Assembly: GCF_001194135.2 (NCBI RefSeq)
Contig: NC_068986.1
Coordinates: 42,871,092-42,920,856 of the forward strand
DNA from: Octopus bimaculoides
Lineage: Eukaryota
DNA length: 49,765 nt
Direction: 5' to 3'
Shown: positions 48,758 through 49,765 of the stretch, piece by piece
Layout: each line of letters begins with the position of its first letter
Position numbering within the stretch: position 1 is the first letter of the stretch
Translations under genes and position numbers: made by a program
The notes under the pieces: generated by a model
Told to the model about the DNA's origin: nothing
The model's database searches: none
Seen by the model: only the letters and a program-made list of their open reading frames with translations

Positions 48758-49256
48758 TATATGGGTAAAAGACGTCACAAAACGTAAACAACATGAAATA
48801 TGAAGACAAACTTTTGTATGCAAACAACGAGAGAAACAAATGGAAAACAAGACAAGTAACAAAGAACAGCCCTTCATCAGTTGTCGGCTGATTATCTACT
48901 CCACATTTCGAGCGAAGTACATATACATATTCATGCTAGCATAATCTTACATACATGTGTCTCGGACGGTCATCAGCGAACCTACAGAGACTTATATATA
49001 TATATATATGCTTCGTTGTGTATATATCCACAGTTCTATAGGTTTCGAAAATACAAAACAGTTTAAAGTGTGCAGCTTATGGAGAGAACAAAAAGCACCT
49101 AGAAAATACCGAAAAGAAAAAGGAGGAAAACAGTTAAGTAAAAGAACAGAGAAGTGGGCGAAGAAAAGCAATAGAAAATCAGACGTGGAAAAGAGTGAAT
49201 AGGAAAGACTAAGCTATATGTACTCGAAGGAATGCACAAATAGATAGTGGATGAAG

Positions 49257-49259
<3 letters not shown>

Positions 49260-49323
<64 letters not shown>

Positions 49324-49430
49324 TGTGTGTGTCTGTGTGTTTGTGTGTCTGTGTGTGCATGCATATATGTATGTGTGCGTATGTATGTATGTATGTATGT
49401 ATGTATGTATGTATGTATGTGTGTGCGTGC
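49260..49430. repeat. (TA)/(TG)/(TATG) compound microsatellite
   Basis: Read directly from the sequence. Confidence 0.95.
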
Positions 49431-49469
49431 ATGTGTCTGGGAGTATATCTGTGTGGTGAGGGTGTGCGT

Positions 49470-49660
49470 GCAGTTTTGCTTTTGTATTTTTCCCACACCA
49501 TCACTTCGCTTAGGGGTTCAACAAAACACCCGATTGAATAGGTGCCAGAACTTTACAAAGGTATACTGGGGTCGATGCATTCGACCTAAGAGAAAAAAAA
49601 TCGCCTTTCACTTTATGACCCTGCATGGTCGTTGTCTGATGACTGAAGCAAAATAAATGG
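49470..49660 (+). mobile_element. SINE type B tail fragment
   Basis: CGATTGAATAGGTGCCAG...TACTGGGGTCGATGCATTCGAC...GCATGGTCGTTGTCTGATGACTGAAGCAAAATAAA resembles 13720-13845. Confidence 0.55.
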
Positions 49661-49722
49661 AGTAGCATGAAACATGCCTACTGCAATCATCTTTAAAATC
49701 CGTGAATCCGTGTTGCTTATTT

Positions 49723-49765
<43 letters not shown>

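Noticed and set aside
16059-49656. Long ORFs in the track made of X runs or [20 protein letters not shown] repeats (e.g. 25154..26060, 28262..29173, 34526..34834, 48111..48877, 49209..49656)
   Set aside because: Artefacts of N gaps and microsatellites, with no coding signal.
1-49765. CRISPR arrays, rRNA or genuine tRNA genes, prokaryotic operon-type systems
   Set aside because: Eukaryotic intronic DNA. No regularly spaced repeat-spacer arrays. The tRNA-like A/B boxes belong to SINE heads and do not complete a cloverleaf.

Overview
This is eukaryotic, AT-rich, microsatellite- and gap-rich genomic DNA. The SINE types and repeat landscape look like an octopus (coleoid cephalopod) genome; that is an inference from remembered repeat consensus, not a database hit. 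The window is mostly the interior of one + strand gene encoding a contactin-like Ig-superfamily cell-adhesion protein. Nine exons (1,660 nt, 553 codons, no in-frame stop, compatible GT-AG phases at all 8 internal junctions) encode the C-terminal half of Ig1 through Ig6. The 5' exons and the expected FN3/GPI part lie outside the window. The introns (about 0.7-12.4 kb) hold decayed transposons: CR1-like, RTE, L1/Tx1 and R4/Dong-like LINEs, several Penelope-like element (PLE) pieces, mariner, Tc1, pogo/Tigger and hAT fossils, a mariner MITE, a piggyBac-like end and at least three SINE types. I did not find a convincingly new multi-gene system. The most interesting unexplained signals are structural: a hammerhead-ribozyme-like fold at 40450-40509 (-), a perfect 23-bp GC-rich hairpin flanked by an 8-bp direct repeat, a ~230-bp foldback palindrome, inverted PLE repeats, and oppositely oriented SINEs bracketing frame-symmetric Ig exon modules.
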